DNA of 64,000 nt from Candidatus Cloacimonadales bacterium (GCA_963662275.1 OY759316.1:1696001-1760000), one strand, 5' to 3'. Counted from the first letter of the stretch, positions 29,763 through 40,932 are shown. A program made the numbers and translations. The notes: generated by a model from the sequence alone, not told the origin.

Positions 29763-30758
29763 ATGAATAGAAAAGAGATTACTTCATTAATTATCCTGAT
29801 CCTGGTTATCAGCTATGGTTTTTATCGTTATCAGCATCGTCATTACACAGAGAAACAGTCCCGAATCCTCATGGATACGGTTTTTGATATTACAGCCACT
29901 TCGCAGGATAAAAATATCAAAGTAGTCGTAGACAGCACTTTTGAACTGATTGCCAGGTTAGATAATAAACTTTCCAATTACAAGACGGATTCTTACTTAT
30001 GGAAGATTAATCACTCTGATCAAGAAACCTTCTCTATGGATCCGGATATATATGCCATGCTGGTTGTTGCGGATAGTTTATATAAGATATCACATACGAT
30101 GCTGGATGTAACAATTGGACCAGTCACAAATCTCTGGGATTATGACAGCCCTCATTTACCGAATCCTGATTCTTTGAAGATAGCCTTAAAACTGGTTGAC
30201 TTTTCCAAAATAAAATATACTCATGAGACATTATATAAACCAAAGGGATATCAGCTTAATTTTGGATGCATAGCGAAAGGGTACGCCGTAGATAAAGCAG
30301 TGGAATATTTAAAGAAATATGGTGTGAAAAGCGGTGTTGTAGATTGCAGAAGCAGTATTCGCATATTTGGACAGGAAAAGGAACCGTTTGTTGTAGGTAT
30401 CCAGCATCCACGAAAAGCGAATGAAGTGATAGGTGAACTGACTCTTCACGATCAGTCAATTGGCACTTCCGGCGATTATCAGCAATTCTTTGAATTGGAT
30501 GGAATACGTTATCATCACATTCTAGATCCTCATACCGGCTATCCTTATGAAAGTACGATTTCAGTGACAGTCATTGCTCCGAATGCAACAATGGCTGATG
30601 GTCTTTCAACAGCTTTATTTGTGATGTCACCTGAAGAAGCGATCAATTATGCAAAGGATCAGCCCAACACGGAAGCAGTGATCTATTACATGTCAAAGGA
30701 TGGTATTGTCTCGCTGAAAACTACTGGTATGAAGGATATCCTGAAAGAAAAACTATGA
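29763..30758 (+). CDS. apbE: FAD:protein FMN transferase (ApbE family)
   Basis: LMDT, DVTIGP, NFGCIAKGYAVD, GIQHPR, TSGDYQQFF, YHHILDPHTGYP, ADGLSTALF. Confidence 0.92.
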   Translation: MNRKEITSLIILILVISYGFYRYQHRHYTEKQSRILMDTVFDITATSQDKNIKVVVDSTFELIARLDNKLSNYKTDSYLWKINHSDQETFSMDPDIYAMLVVADSLYKISHTMLDVTIGPVTNLWDYDSPHLPNPDSLKIALKLVDFSKIKYTHETLYKPKGYQLNFGCIAKGYAVDKAVEYLKKYGVKSGVVDCRSSIRIFGQEKEPFVVGIQHPRKANEVIGELTLHDQSIGTSGDYQQFFELDGIRYHHILDPHTGYPYESTISVTVIAPNATMADGLSTALFVMSPEEAINYAKDQPNTEAVIYYMSKDGIVSLKTTGMKDILKEKL

Positions 30759-31552
30759 AAAAAGAATTGAAAGATCTGCAAGGCAGTCCTGATAAAAGGC
30801 AAGTCACTATCGATAAAGTAGGTGTGAAAGGCATTCAATATCCGATCATAGTTGAGGATAGATCAAATTCAATCCAGCATACAATTGCCGACCTGGATAT
30901 CTATGTAGAATTACCTCAAGAGCATCGTGGTACACATATGTCACGTTTCATCGAGATACTCAATCGTTACCATGAAGAGACTCTGATTCCCAAACTTCCT
31001 GATTTCCTGGCAGAATTGAAGAAAGAACTGAATGCTAATGCAGCTTATATCAAACTGCAATTCCCTTATTTTGTGAAGAAAACTGCTCCTGTCTCCGGAA
31101 TGAAATCACTTCTTGGATATGACTGTATCTTTGAAGCTTCCTATCTGGAAAACTACGATCTCGTGATTGGCGTTATTGTACCCATTACTACGCTATGTCC
31201 CTGCTCCAAGGAAATCAGTGATTTTGGAGCACATAACCAAAGATCGCTGGTAACGGTGAAAGTCTCTTTCAGCGACTTTATCTGGCTGGAAGAGATCATA
31301 GACTTAATCGAATCGGTCGCCAGTTGTGAAATCTATCCAGCCCTGAAACGGGTGGATGAGAAGTATGTAACGGAAAGAGCTTTCGACCGTCCTATGTTTG
31401 TAGAAGATATTGTTCGCGATATTACGGTAAAACTGAGAGCTGATAAAAGAGTGAAAAGCTTCTATGTCGAATCTGACAATTTTGAATCAATCCACAATCA
31501 TAATGCGTATGCATGTATAGATGAAAACAAGGGAAACAATGACCAATCATGA
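30755..31552 (+). CDS. folE2: GTP cyclohydrolase IB
   Basis: IDKVGVK, RGTHMSRF, TTLCPCSKEIS, GAHNQRS, LKRVDEKYVTE, FVEDIVR, ESIHNHNAYA. Confidence 0.95.
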   Translation: MKKELKDLQGSPDKRQVTIDKVGVKGIQYPIIVEDRSNSIQHTIADLDIYVELPQEHRGTHMSRFIEILNRYHEETLIPKLPDFLAELKKELNANAAYIKLQFPYFVKKTAPVSGMKSLLGYDCIFEASYLENYDLVIGVIVPITTLCPCSKEISDFGAHNQRSLVTVKVSFSDFIWLEEIIDLIESVASCEIYPALKRVDEKYVTERAFDRPMFVEDIVRDITVKLRADKRVKSFYVESDNFESIHNHNAYACIDENKGNNDQS

Positions 31553-34091
31553 AATTGAATCAAATATTAATTCCTTTATCCTGACAAATGGACTGAAAGT
31601 AATCTATGGAGTTGATAATTCCAATCCGCTGGTAAGTATCCAGGTACACGTTCGTATGGGTTCCTGTTGGGAAAAGATAGACGAAGCAGGCTACTCACAT
31701 CTTACCGAACACCTGGTGTTCAAATCAACTGAACATTTCCCCAAGAATTCAATTATGGAAGCAGCTTCATTTATGGGTGGTTCTATCAATGCCTATACAG
31801 AATTTGATTCCACTTGTTTCTATCTGACATTACCCTCAGAATTCCTGGAAAAAGGAATAGAACTGCTTGCTGAGTTAGTATTTCGGACTAATTACTCTGA
31901 TGCCGAATTCAAGTCAGAGCGTTCTGTCGTTATCGAAGAACTGAAGCAATACCGCAATGACCCGGAAGATTTTTTTATTGAGGAAATACCGAAACACTAC
32001 TTTGAAAATAATCCCTATAAGCGTCCGATCATTGGTACAATTGAATCCCTGGGAGCTGCTACACCGGATAAGCTGAGAGACTTCTATCATCGTTATTATA
32101 TACCGGAAAACTGCTTTATTGTGATTACCGGCGATATTGATATCAAGACTCTTAAGAACAAGGTCTTTTCTCAATTTGGTGCCTGGCGTCCTGCTTTTGT
32201 GATCGAGAAAGAAGAAAAGATCAAAGATCACTATCCCCAGGAATATCGCTTCATCAGGATTAATAAACTTGTTGGGCGTGACCTAATAGCTTTTATTTTA
32301 CCTGAACTCTCCGAACAGGATCCTGAATCCTACATTTTATCATTAATCACAAAGGCTTTTGCTGTCGGCAAGAATTCACGTCTTCATAAACGTCTTTATG
32401 ATCATGAGCAACTTGTTGAACAGATTAAAGTTCATTCCCTGAGCGGGTTATACGAAGGGATATCCGTCATTGAGATCGTACCAAAGAAAAGCGTATCTCT
32501 TGATCGGATTATCACTTGCTTTTTTGATGAATTTGAAAAGCTTCGCAGGGAATCACTCAGTTCTGATGAAATACGCAAGCAAAAGCAGGAGTTACAGCAT
32601 TCGTACAGGTTTTCCTTTGAGTATGCTGAAACCCTGGGTATGACTCTTGCCTCAGAAGAAATACTTGGTTCCTATAAACATGTATTCAATTACCTGCCCA
32701 TTGTTGCAACCATTTCGAACGATGACTGTAAAAGGCTGATCGGTAAGTATTTTCGTTATGAATATATGGCTTTATTTCATATGGGGAAAGCCATCATCAA
32801 TGAATCGAAGATCAATGAAATAATCACAAAAAATACACATCCTGTTTCTTTTGTTCCCAATCATGAAGATTACCGGGAAGTGATGCTTGACAACGGTATG
32901 AAACTCATGTTGAAAAAAGTGAAGGGAAAACCGACAATAGGTATCAGTATCAGCAGGAAACTGTCACAATTACAGGAAAGTGAAACACAGCGGGGAATCA
33001 ACCTCCTGATGTCTTCATCTATTTTGTATGGAAATGAAAAAAGAGATTACAATACTTTCCTGGAGTATTGCCTGGAGAATGGGATTAATGTGCATATGTC
33101 ACCCGGTTCGGAAAGTACGACTTTAAAAGTGAAATGCTTCTCAGATATGCTTTCGGAAACATTGCAATTGATAAGAGAAATACTGGAAAAACCTCTTTTT
33201 CCTGAAAAACATATACAAAACCTGAAGAAGACTTTTATCAGCAACCTGCTGCGAACTAAGGATTATCCTAGTGAATATGCTTCTCTACTTTGGAAAAGAA
33301 TGCTTCTGGGGAAAGACTGTAACATTATAAATCGGGAAGGAACAGCCTCCACGCTACGTTCCATAAAAAGGGAAGATGTCCTTGATTGGTTTACCCATTA
33401 CAGGCAATATGATAAAATGAATATTGCCATCGTGGGTGATATCGATATGGATAAATTACCTGAACAATGTAATTCCATATTCTCGATGAGGACAAAAAAA
33501 CGGAAAGACCTGATATCACAACTGAATTTGAATCCCAACCCTAAAAGGAAGATCATTCTTACTCATGACCAGGATCAGTCTATTATCAATTGGGGCGGAT
33601 TCGGCTGCACAAGCCGGGATAAGGAAAGAAATACAGCGTCGCATGTGCTTTCCCAAATCATTGGCGGGGAGATCAATTCCCGAATGTTTGACGTATTGCG
33701 AGAACAACTGGGCATTGCCTACAGCGTTGGATATGATTTTACTTCAATACAGGATGTTGGTTATTTCCTGGCATATGCGATCGTGGATAAAGATAATGAA
33801 AAAGAAGCCATGAAAGCAATTGGGGAGATATTTAAAGATATCAGCAAAAACGGTGTGAAGGATGTCGAGATCGAAACTGCAAGGAATTACATTCGCGGGC
33901 AAAGATTGCAGGATGAGGAAAGCGTCCTTTCCCAGGCTGGTCAACTTGCCATGCTAGATATCCTTGGGTTTGACCATGCCTATTTCCTGAAACGCGATGA
34001 ACGTCTGAAAGCTGTGAATAATGATCTGATTCATAATATAGCTGAAAGTTATTTCAGGGAAGATAACTACCACATTCATATATTTAATTAA
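31539..34091 (+). CDS. M16 family zinc peptidase (insulinase-like, two-half fusion)
   Basis: Inverted zinc motif HLTEH, NAYT, ERSVVIEE, SRMFDVLREQLGIAYSV. Confidence 0.9.
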   Translation: MTNHEIESNINSFILTNGLKVIYGVDNSNPLVSIQVHVRMGSCWEKIDEAGYSHLTEHLVFKSTEHFPKNSIMEAASFMGGSINAYTEFDSTCFYLTLPSEFLEKGIELLAELVFRTNYSDAEFKSERSVVIEELKQYRNDPEDFFIEEIPKHYFENNPYKRPIIGTIESLGAATPDKLRDFYHRYYIPENCFIVITGDIDIKTLKNKVFSQFGAWRPAFVIEKEEKIKDHYPQEYRFIRINKLVGRDLIAFILPELSEQDPESYILSLITKAFAVGKNSRLHKRLYDHEQLVEQIKVHSLSGLYEGISVIEIVPKKSVSLDRIITCFFDEFEKLRRESLSSDEIRKQKQELQHSYRFSFEYAETLGMTLASEEILGSYKHVFNYLPIVATISNDDCKRLIGKYFRYEYMALFHMGKAIINESKINEIITKNTHPVSFVPNHEDYREVMLDNGMKLMLKKVKGKPTIGISISRKLSQLQESETQRGINLLMSSSILYGNEKRDYNTFLEYCLENGINVHMSPGSESTTLKVKCFSDMLSETLQLIREILEKPLFPEKHIQNLKKTFISNLLRTKDYPSEYASLLWKRMLLGKDCNIINREGTASTLRSIKREDVLDWFTHYRQYDKMNIAIVGDIDMDKLPEQCNSIFSMRTKKRKDLISQLNLNPNPKRKIILTHDQDQSIINWGGFGCTSRDKERNTASHVLSQIIGGEINSRMFDVLREQLGIAYSVGYDFTSIQDVGYFLAYAIVDKDNEKEAMKAIGEIFKDISKNGVKDVEIETARNYIRGQRLQDEESVLSQAGQLAMLDILGFDHAYFLKRDERLKAVNNDLIHNIAESYFREDNYHIHIFN

Positions 34092-34126
34092 CGGATAATC
34101 TTATGTCTTTATATGTTTTAGATAAG

Positions 34127-34281
34127 ACCCCCCTTCCCCCCTTTCCAAGGGGGGATTGTGGAACGTTTCCCATTCGACTCACCCCCGCCCCCTCTCTTTT
34201 TCTAAAAGAGGGGAGTTCAGATTCTCAATTACTCTCTACAAGATTCCTCCCCCTTAATCCTCTCTCTTCCAGGAGGGTGGA
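34127..34281. repeat. Cluster of C-rich/G-rich palindromes (CCCCT...AGGGG family)
   Basis: Three consecutive hairpins; related elements at ~41-80, ~11164-11214, ~13353-13403, ~25000-25045. Confidence 0.65.
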
Positions 34282-35052
34282 GTGATAACGATTGGTATTG
34301 ATGCCGGTTCACGAACAACAAAGCTGGTTCTCTTTGACAGTATGGAAGGCAGGATATTATTCGCAGGATTTCAAGATACCGGGATCAATCCGAAACATGC
34401 TGCTGAAGAGCTTTTGACCGAAGCATTTCAACAAACAAAATTATCCTACATTAATATAGATATGATTTATGCAACCGGTTATAGTCGGAATATGATTGAT
34501 TTCGCTCACAAGACTTTATCTGAAATTTCATGCCATGCTATGGGGGTAAGTTATTTCTTTCCGGGTACGAGATTGGTCATTGATGTAGGTGGACAGGATT
34601 CTAAAGTTATCACGATTGGGGAAGATGGGAAGGTCATGGATTTTGCCATGAACGATAAATGCGCTGCCGGTACAGGTCGCTTCCTGGAAGTGACAGCCAA
34701 TATCCTGCACTGTGAGATTAACGAATTAAGTTCTCTTTCAAAACAGGCAGACAAGGTTATTGAGATCAACAGTACCTGCGTTGTCTTTGCTGAATCAGAG
34801 ATCATAGGGCTGATATCACAAGGCAACTCTATACCGAATATTATCAATGCGATTCACATATCTGTCGTAAAAAGACTCGTAAACCTGGTTTCACAGGTTC
34901 GTTGGTCTGCTCCTATTGTCTTTACAGGTGGGGTTGCAAGGAATACCGCTTTGGTAGAGCTTTGTGGTAAAGAATTGAAACAAAAGATAAGCATTCCAGA
35001 GCAATCCATTATCACTGCTGCTCTTGGTGCTGCGATGATGGCAGCAATGTAG
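34282..35052 (+). CDS. Acyl-CoA dehydratase activase (HgdC/BadF-BcrAD-type ATPase)
   Basis: IGIDAGSRTTK, ATGYSR, SEISCHA, IDVGGQDSK, MNDKCAAGTGRFLE, STCVVFAESE, TGGVARN. Confidence 0.92.
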   Translation: MITIGIDAGSRTTKLVLFDSMEGRILFAGFQDTGINPKHAAEELLTEAFQQTKLSYINIDMIYATGYSRNMIDFAHKTLSEISCHAMGVSYFFPGTRLVIDVGGQDSKVITIGEDGKVMDFAMNDKCAAGTGRFLEVTANILHCEINELSSLSKQADKVIEINSTCVVFAESEIIGLISQGNSIPNIINAIHISVVKRLVNLVSQVRWSAPIVFTGGVARNTALVELCGKELKQKISIPEQSIITAALGAAMMAAM

Positions 35053-35126
35053 GGGTCCGCATCAGCAGACCCAAACATATCCTTGAAATTTAATTAGAGA
35101 TTGGGTCTGCTGACGCGGTCCCCTAC
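35049..35126. repeat. REPIN-like inverted pair (GTAGGGG family)
   Basis: gtaggggtccgcatcagcagacccaa (35049-35074) and ttgggtctgctgacgcggtcccctac (35101-35126). Confidence 0.75.
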
Positions 35127-35141
35127 TGCTCAGGGTGAATT

Positions 35142-35927
35142 ATGAAAATCGATTATCATTTGCATTCAACATTCAGCGCAGATGCGTTCTCAGATGCTGA
35201 AGATATCATTAGAAAAGCCATTCAATGCGGATATTCTGAAATAGCCTTTACAGAGCATTATGATCTTTTGCCTTCGGAAATAGCCATTTATGGAATTCCT
35301 CCTTTTATCACATATCAGCAGCGCATTGCTGAGCTTCAAAACAAGTATCCTGAAATATCAATACTTCTTGGGATAGAAGCTGGAGAATTTCATCTTGTGC
35401 AGATGCTCTATAATCAAATTACGAAGTTTAGGAGACCAGATCTTCTAATAGCATCCATTCATTTGCTTTCGGATGGAAAGAATACATCCGTTCCTTTTGA
35501 TATACCACTTACAAGCTCTGAAATCCATGATTACTATGCTGAAAACCTGAAACTGGTACAACTAGGTAGTTTTGATATTTTGGGGCACCTGGGTATCTAT
35601 AAACGCTATTACGAGATGCATCCCAGGGAAGAAGACTCCTGTTATGGATTGATCGCAGATATTTTCAAAGAAATGATCAAAAAGGACATCGCACTGGAAA
35701 TCAATTATTCAGGTTTACGTAAATCCCTGCATTCATTGATACCGGAACCGGAGCACATTAAATTGTATCGAGAGTTGGGCGGAAAGCTGCTGACCATTGG
35801 TTCTGATTCTCATCATGTTGACCAGTTCGATGATCTGTATGATATTGCCATCCAACAAATTAAAGATATGCATATATATCAGTTATATCATAAAGTAAAT
35901 GGCGGTTGGGAAGGATATGACATATAG
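35142..35927 (+). CDS. PHP-family phosphatase (HisJ/HisK histidinol-phosphatase-like)
   Basis: DYHLHSTFSAD, FTEH, GIEAG, ASIH, LGHL, LEIN, TIGSDSH. Confidence 0.88.
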   Translation: MKIDYHLHSTFSADAFSDAEDIIRKAIQCGYSEIAFTEHYDLLPSEIAIYGIPPFITYQQRIAELQNKYPEISILLGIEAGEFHLVQMLYNQITKFRRPDLLIASIHLLSDGKNTSVPFDIPLTSSEIHDYYAENLKLVQLGSFDILGHLGIYKRYYEMHPREEDSCYGLIADIFKEMIKKDIALEINYSGLRKSLHSLIPEPEHIKLYRELGGKLLTIGSDSHHVDQFDDLYDIAIQQIKDMHIYQLYHKVNGGWEGYDI

Positions 35928-36115
35928 GTAGCAGGGTACAGGGTACAGGTGACAGGTGCTATTCCCATCTTAAATCAATCTTAAAATACATTACCTGAAA
36001 GAAACAGTCACCGAATTTATTACCACCTGAAGTTAGCAGTACATTTTTTTCTAAACAATTGACAAAGAAAACGGCCTTATATTTCATGAAATTCGTAATA
36101 TAACAGGGAGTGTGA

Positions 36116-37747
36116 ATGTCATATATCGTATTGGCAAGAAAATACAGACCACAGACGTTTGAAGAAATCTATGCCCAGGAACACATAACGCAGATCATGC
36201 ATAATTCGATTATATCCGGTCGGGTGAGTCATGCCTATCTTTTCACTGGTCCACGTGGAGTGGGGAAGACTTCAATGGCACGAATCCTGGCGAAGAGCCT
36301 GAACTGTATTCATGGTCCGATTCCAATTCCCTGTAATGTTTGTGATAATTGTCATGAAATTACCATGGGTACTTCACCTGATGTGATTGAAATAGATGGA
36401 GCATCCAATACAGGTGTGGATGATATTCGTGATCTCCAAAAAGAATTGATGTATTCAGCCAGTAAGTCACATTACAAAATATACATCATTGATGAAGTTC
36501 ATATGTTATCGAAGAATGCATTCAATGCTCTACTGAAAACCCTGGAAGAACCACCCGATAATGTTATTTTCATCTTTGCCACGACCGAACCGCAGAAGGT
36601 TCTTCCCACGATTGTTTCCCGTTGCCAGCGTTTTGATTTCAGACGCATACCAATCGATGCAATTGTGAAAAGGCTCCAGGATCTCTGTGGAAAGGAAAAC
36701 ATAGATATTGATGAAGATGCTCTTTTTCTCATTGCCAAGAAAGCTGATGGCGGGATGAGAGATGCTCTTTCGCTCATGGACCAGGTAATTTCGTTTGGTA
36801 CGGAACATATCACTATAGGTTTAGTGCGAAGTATCTTTGGTTTGCTATCTGATGAAGTCTATGACAGGATGATGGGCTTCATTAATGATCACCAGGCTGA
36901 CCAGATGGTTTGTCTTCTTCAACAGACGATGGAGGAAGGAAATGATATCCAGGAATTTATCACAGGATTTCTGGACTATACTCGACTGTTATTATTGATT
37001 AAGCTTGGTATCATCCCTTTAGATATTCCTTCCAACCAAATTGAAACCAGGAAGAATCTAGCTTCCTTATTCAATGAAGATACACTTCTCTATATTATCA
37101 CCTTACTCCTGAAACTTAACCAGGACTTACGAATCAGTAACAATCCGCTGATGGTTGCTGAGATCACTATGGTCAAAATGACACGCATATCTAAAATAGA
37201 TGATCTGAAATATTCCCTGGCTCAACTGGAACAATTTAAAACAGTCCCACTAACACAAACGGCACAAGCACCCCGACCAACTGCAAATTACCAGAAGAAT
37301 CCACAACAGACAACGGAAAGAACAATCCAAGAGCAGATTGTCAGAGAAGTGCAGAGTGAAATACCCAAAATTGAAGCTCTCACGATTGACATTTTAAACA
37401 AACACTGGAACCATATTATATCCCTGATCAAAAAGGAATTCATGGTATCAGGGGAGTACCTGCGTCAGTGTAAAGTTCAGAAAGTTGAGAAGAACATTAT
37501 CTATCTGATCACAGAATCTGACAATTTAATGAAGATGTCACGTGATGATAAATCAGTTATGGAGAATATTATTTCCAGGCAGTTCAATCTTCATATTGAA
37601 TTAGATATCAAGCAGGACACTGTTGAAAAAGAAAAAGTCATCACCAATCCCACAATTCAAGATGTTCAGAAATATAATCCAAATCTTGCGCAGTTCATTG
37701 AAGCAACAGATTCATTTATTGATACAGAGCATAGCAGCCATAAATAA
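36116..37747 (+). CDS. dnaX: DNA polymerase III subunit gamma/tau
   Basis: LARKYRPQTF, GPRGVGKTS, EIDGASNTGVDDIR, IIDEVHMLS, NALLKTLEEPP, SRCQRF. Confidence 0.96.
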   Translation: MSYIVLARKYRPQTFEEIYAQEHITQIMHNSIISGRVSHAYLFTGPRGVGKTSMARILAKSLNCIHGPIPIPCNVCDNCHEITMGTSPDVIEIDGASNTGVDDIRDLQKELMYSASKSHYKIYIIDEVHMLSKNAFNALLKTLEEPPDNVIFIFATTEPQKVLPTIVSRCQRFDFRRIPIDAIVKRLQDLCGKENIDIDEDALFLIAKKADGGMRDALSLMDQVISFGTEHITIGLVRSIFGLLSDEVYDRMMGFINDHQADQMVCLLQQTMEEGNDIQEFITGFLDYTRLLLLIKLGIIPLDIPSNQIETRKNLASLFNEDTLLYIITLLLKLNQDLRISNNPLMVAEITMVKMTRISKIDDLKYSLAQLEQFKTVPLTQTAQAPRPTANYQKNPQQTTERTIQEQIVREVQSEIPKIEALTIDILNKHWNHIISLIKKEFMVSGEYLRQCKVQKVEKNIIYLITESDNLMKMSRDDKSVMENIISRQFNLHIELDIKQDTVEKEKVITNPTIQDVQKYNPNLAQFIEATDSFIDTEHSSHK

Positions 37748-38847
37748 TGACCTTTTATCTGTATTTACTACCCGGAATTATTTATAGCGGATTCCTGGTA
37801 TTTCTTGCCTTGGGATTACTCAGATTACCTAAACCTCCAAGGTTGAATACTTACCAGAAAATGTCCATTGTTGTAGCTGCACGAAATGAAGAGGAAAACC
37901 TGGATGATCTGATTAAGAGTCTCAGTTCGCAAAATTATCCTCCTGAAAATTATGAGATTATTATCGTCGATGATCGTTCAACTGATTCAACCCCTGATAT
38001 TTTGTCACGATATCAACAGCATATCCCAAATTTAAGGACAATACGCATCGATAAGGAAAATGTCAATATCATTGGAAAGAAGAATGCCCTGGATAAAGGG
38101 ATTCACATTGCGCAGTATGAAATCCTGGTTTTCACCGATGCAGACTGTATCATGGGAAAGAATTGGCTTCGTGAAATAGATAGATATATGACTGCCGATA
38201 CAGATTTTCTGACAGGATATTCTACATTGCAGATTACAGGTAAACCAGTACCCTCTTCCATGAAAAATTTGGAGAGAACGGTCTATGCAGCCATTGCTGC
38301 AGGAAGTTTTGGTTGGAAAATTGGAATTACCTGTACGGCAACGAATCTGATCTATCGTAAATCACTTTTTAATCAAGCGAAGGGATTTGATTCAATTGGG
38401 CATATCCGTTCTGGTGATGATGATCTCATGATGCTGAAAATGATGCCTTTCATACATAAGTTGAATTATATGACGACGCAGGATTCTCTAGTTGTAGCAA
38501 AGTATAACCTTACTCTTAATAGCCACTTATCCCTCGAAACACGACGTGCTTCCAAATTTAGATACTATCCATTATATTTGAAAAGCATTGCATTCATAAT
38601 ATTCCTGATTTTTATATACTTCTACATAGCTTTTCTATTGAGTTTGCTGAGTATCTTCAGTTGGTTATTTTTCTTAACACTGTTTCTGATTAAGACTGCA
38701 GGAGAAGTTATCCTGCTTCTACCATTTCTATCCAGGATCAGGAGAGTAAGTCTAATTTCAGTATATCCGATCCTGCTTATTTATTATCCTATACATTTTT
38801 TAATCTTCGCTTTCAAAGGAACATTCGGTTCTTATCAATGGAAGTAA
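37747..38847 (+). CDS. Glycosyltransferase family 2, membrane-bound
   Basis: VVAARNEE, VDDRSTD, GKKNAL, FTDADC, SGDDDL; N- and C-terminal hydrophobic helices. Confidence 0.88.
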   Translation: MTFYLYLLPGIIYSGFLVFLALGLLRLPKPPRLNTYQKMSIVVAARNEEENLDDLIKSLSSQNYPPENYEIIIVDDRSTDSTPDILSRYQQHIPNLRTIRIDKENVNIIGKKNALDKGIHIAQYEILVFTDADCIMGKNWLREIDRYMTADTDFLTGYSTLQITGKPVPSSMKNLERTVYAAIAAGSFGWKIGITCTATNLIYRKSLFNQAKGFDSIGHIRSGDDDLMMLKMMPFIHKLNYMTTQDSLVVAKYNLTLNSHLSLETRRASKFRYYPLYLKSIAFIIFLIFIYFYIAFLLSLLSIFSWLFFLTLFLIKTAGEVILLLPFLSRIRRVSLISVYPILLIYYPIHFLIFAFKGTFGSYQWK

Positions 38848-38888
38848 TTGAAGAAGAGATAAAATTGGGAGAATCCAGACGATCTTGA

Positions 38889-39962
38889 TTAAATCTGACT
38901 TGATTTAGAAAGATAGTTCCTGATTAGCCTGGTATTAAACCAGTACAGGGGAGTCGCAATGATAGAGAAGAGAATACCAATTACCGATAAACCAACGATC
39001 AGTTTTCCTGCATTTATCAGAACATCTGCGCTTGTAATCATATTACCGAAGAGTATATTCGTATTTAAATTCAAATCATAAAAAAGATATATCTTTAAAG
39101 GTAAAACTACAGTATATATCAGTATCTTAAAGAATACTAATGATAACATAATGAGCGTTAAACGAATGAGCAAATACCTGAAGATATCTCCAGTTCTATG
39201 AATAATCAAAAATCTAGCTCTGTGATAACAGTAAGAAAATGACTTTCCTTTGATGCCTCTTTCCAAGGTTGTATCCAACATGAATTGCATGATAATCCAA
39301 GGGAAGGTGATAAAAACGATGGTTGTCCTGTAAATCATATAATTTAAATCAAGATGTATATTCATCATAGAAGAAAGTAGCATGTAACCCCAAGTAATGA
39401 CTATAAACAATACAGTCTGCAGTATCATCACAAATAGAAACTGAGTCAGTAATGGTATTCCATAATTCACTAATAAGGTGGGGATATCTTTCCAGGATAT
39501 GATGTAATGATCTAATCGAGATCTGTATTCCATTTCAGTAAGTAAGTGCATAATAAACATGATAACAAGATAAGTTATCATGCAAAAGATAATCAGAGGT
39601 AAGAATCCTTTGCTCTCTGAAAACAGGGAGGAAATAAATGTAGAATATGATTCATTATTGATAATGATGAAAATTAGGCTTGGAAGAAATACAATTTGAA
39701 AACCACTCCAGCCAATAAAAAAGAATCCCAGGAAGCGAATCAATTGCCAACTGATAGGTCGTTTCTTGTCAGGTGTAGTATTAGTCGAACGCAATTTCTC
39801 ATGTAAGAAAGTGGAAGTTTCATTTCTTTCTGTTATAGGAGTATAATCCGGTTTCGGTTCAATTTGTTCTATTTTATCTCCAAGTATTTCAACCGGAAAA
39901 TCTTTACCGTCTGCCATTATTACTCCTGTTCCATGATTGGGAACGTAAGTGTGTATAAGCAA
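38889..39962 (-). CDS. Hypothetical polytopic membrane protein
   Basis: 357-aa ORF with about six hydrophobic segments; start uncertain. Confidence 0.7.
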   Translation of the reverse strand: MLIHTYVPNHGTGVIMADGKDFPVEILGDKIEQIEPKPDYTPITERNETSTFLHEKLRSTNTTPDKKRPISWQLIRFLGFFFIGWSGFQIVFLPSLIFIIINNESYSTFISSLFSESKGFLPLIIFCMITYLVIMFIMHLLTEMEYRSRLDHYIISWKDIPTLLVNYGIPLLTQFLFVMILQTVLFIVITWGYMLLSSMMNIHLDLNYMIYRTTIVFITFPWIIMQFMLDTTLERGIKGKSFSYCYHRARFLIIHRTGDIFRYLLIRLTLIMLSLVFFKILIYTVVLPLKIYLFYDLNLNTNILFGNMITSADVLINAGKLIVGLSVIGILFSIIATPLYWFNTRLIRNYLSKSSQI

Positions 39963-40009
39963 GCGCTGTCAATGAAATTTTCCTCGACAACATTTCAATT
40001 GCATTACTT

Positions 40010-40810
40010 ATGGATATTATATATGATTGGTTTTTTAACGGTATTTGTTTAAACAACATAGGGAGGAGCTATATTTTGAATCGATTTATATCCGCAATAA
40101 AATATTCACTTTTTATAGTGTTACCAATCCTACTCAACGGATGTATTAATTATTGGTATCCTCCAGCAAATTCATTACCCACTAGACCTGTTTATGTATA
40201 TGGGAAGAAAGCAGAACCTACTGTGAATTTTGGTTTTCATAACTCATTAGGACAAAATAAAGGGGAAAGCAGTCAAATGGCAATTGGTGCATTCCGTGTG
40301 GGAGCACGTTACGGAATTATACAAAGTTTTGTAGGCTTAAGTGCATATGATGGTTTTTACAAAGTAGGTGCTATTGATTCAATCTATCAAAATAAATCCG
40401 CTTACGGTTTAGCCATTGAATGGGAAGGGAATCTTGTTATTCCAATACACAATGTCAATTTCGGAGCTGGAATATATCTCAGGGGTAATTCAGAATGGGG
40501 CGATTATACACAATTTCGGGAGTATTATCAAGCTAATCCTGATATAGATGCAGATGGCGAACGTGATGTTGATGCTAGTTACACTGGATGGGGTGATCTT
40601 CATTTAATATTGAATATTCATTCAAAATTGGATTTCACATTTATATACAGTCAATTTGCAATGGCTTATGATAATCAAATCCATCCAATAATCGGATGTG
40701 GTATCAGTTCACAACGTTGGGGAGGTTGGGTCACAATATCTTCAGTTAAGGATAACCAAACTAAAACTACTATTTTGGATCTAGGAATTTCATATAGGCT
40801 TGGGAAATGA
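40010..40810 (+). CDS. Hypothetical exported/outer-membrane lipoprotein
   Basis: LLNGC lipobox-like motif and beta-rich body ending LGISYRLGK; the true start is probably downstream of 40010. Confidence 0.6.
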   Translation: MDIIYDWFFNGICLNNIGRSYILNRFISAIKYSLFIVLPILLNGCINYWYPPANSLPTRPVYVYGKKAEPTVNFGFHNSLGQNKGESSQMAIGAFRVGARYGIIQSFVGLSAYDGFYKVGAIDSIYQNKSAYGLAIEWEGNLVIPIHNVNFGAGIYLRGNSEWGDYTQFREYYQANPDIDADGERDVDASYTGWGDLHLILNIHSKLDFTFIYSQFAMAYDNQIHPIIGCGISSQRWGGWVTISSVKDNQTKTTILDLGISYRLGK

Positions 40811-40932
40811 CCGTAAGGAAAATAATTATCAAGGTATTTCATTTCATTGATAGTCGCTTTCTTTCTTGACACAATTATTTAAAATCAGCATAGGTTCAGC
40901 ATATTATCAGACAATTCACAAGATAATATAAA

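Noticed and set aside
34103..34285. 60-aa Pro-rich ORF
   Set aside because: Translation of palindromic repeats; the same applies to 16-237, 5730-5984 and 6051-6257.
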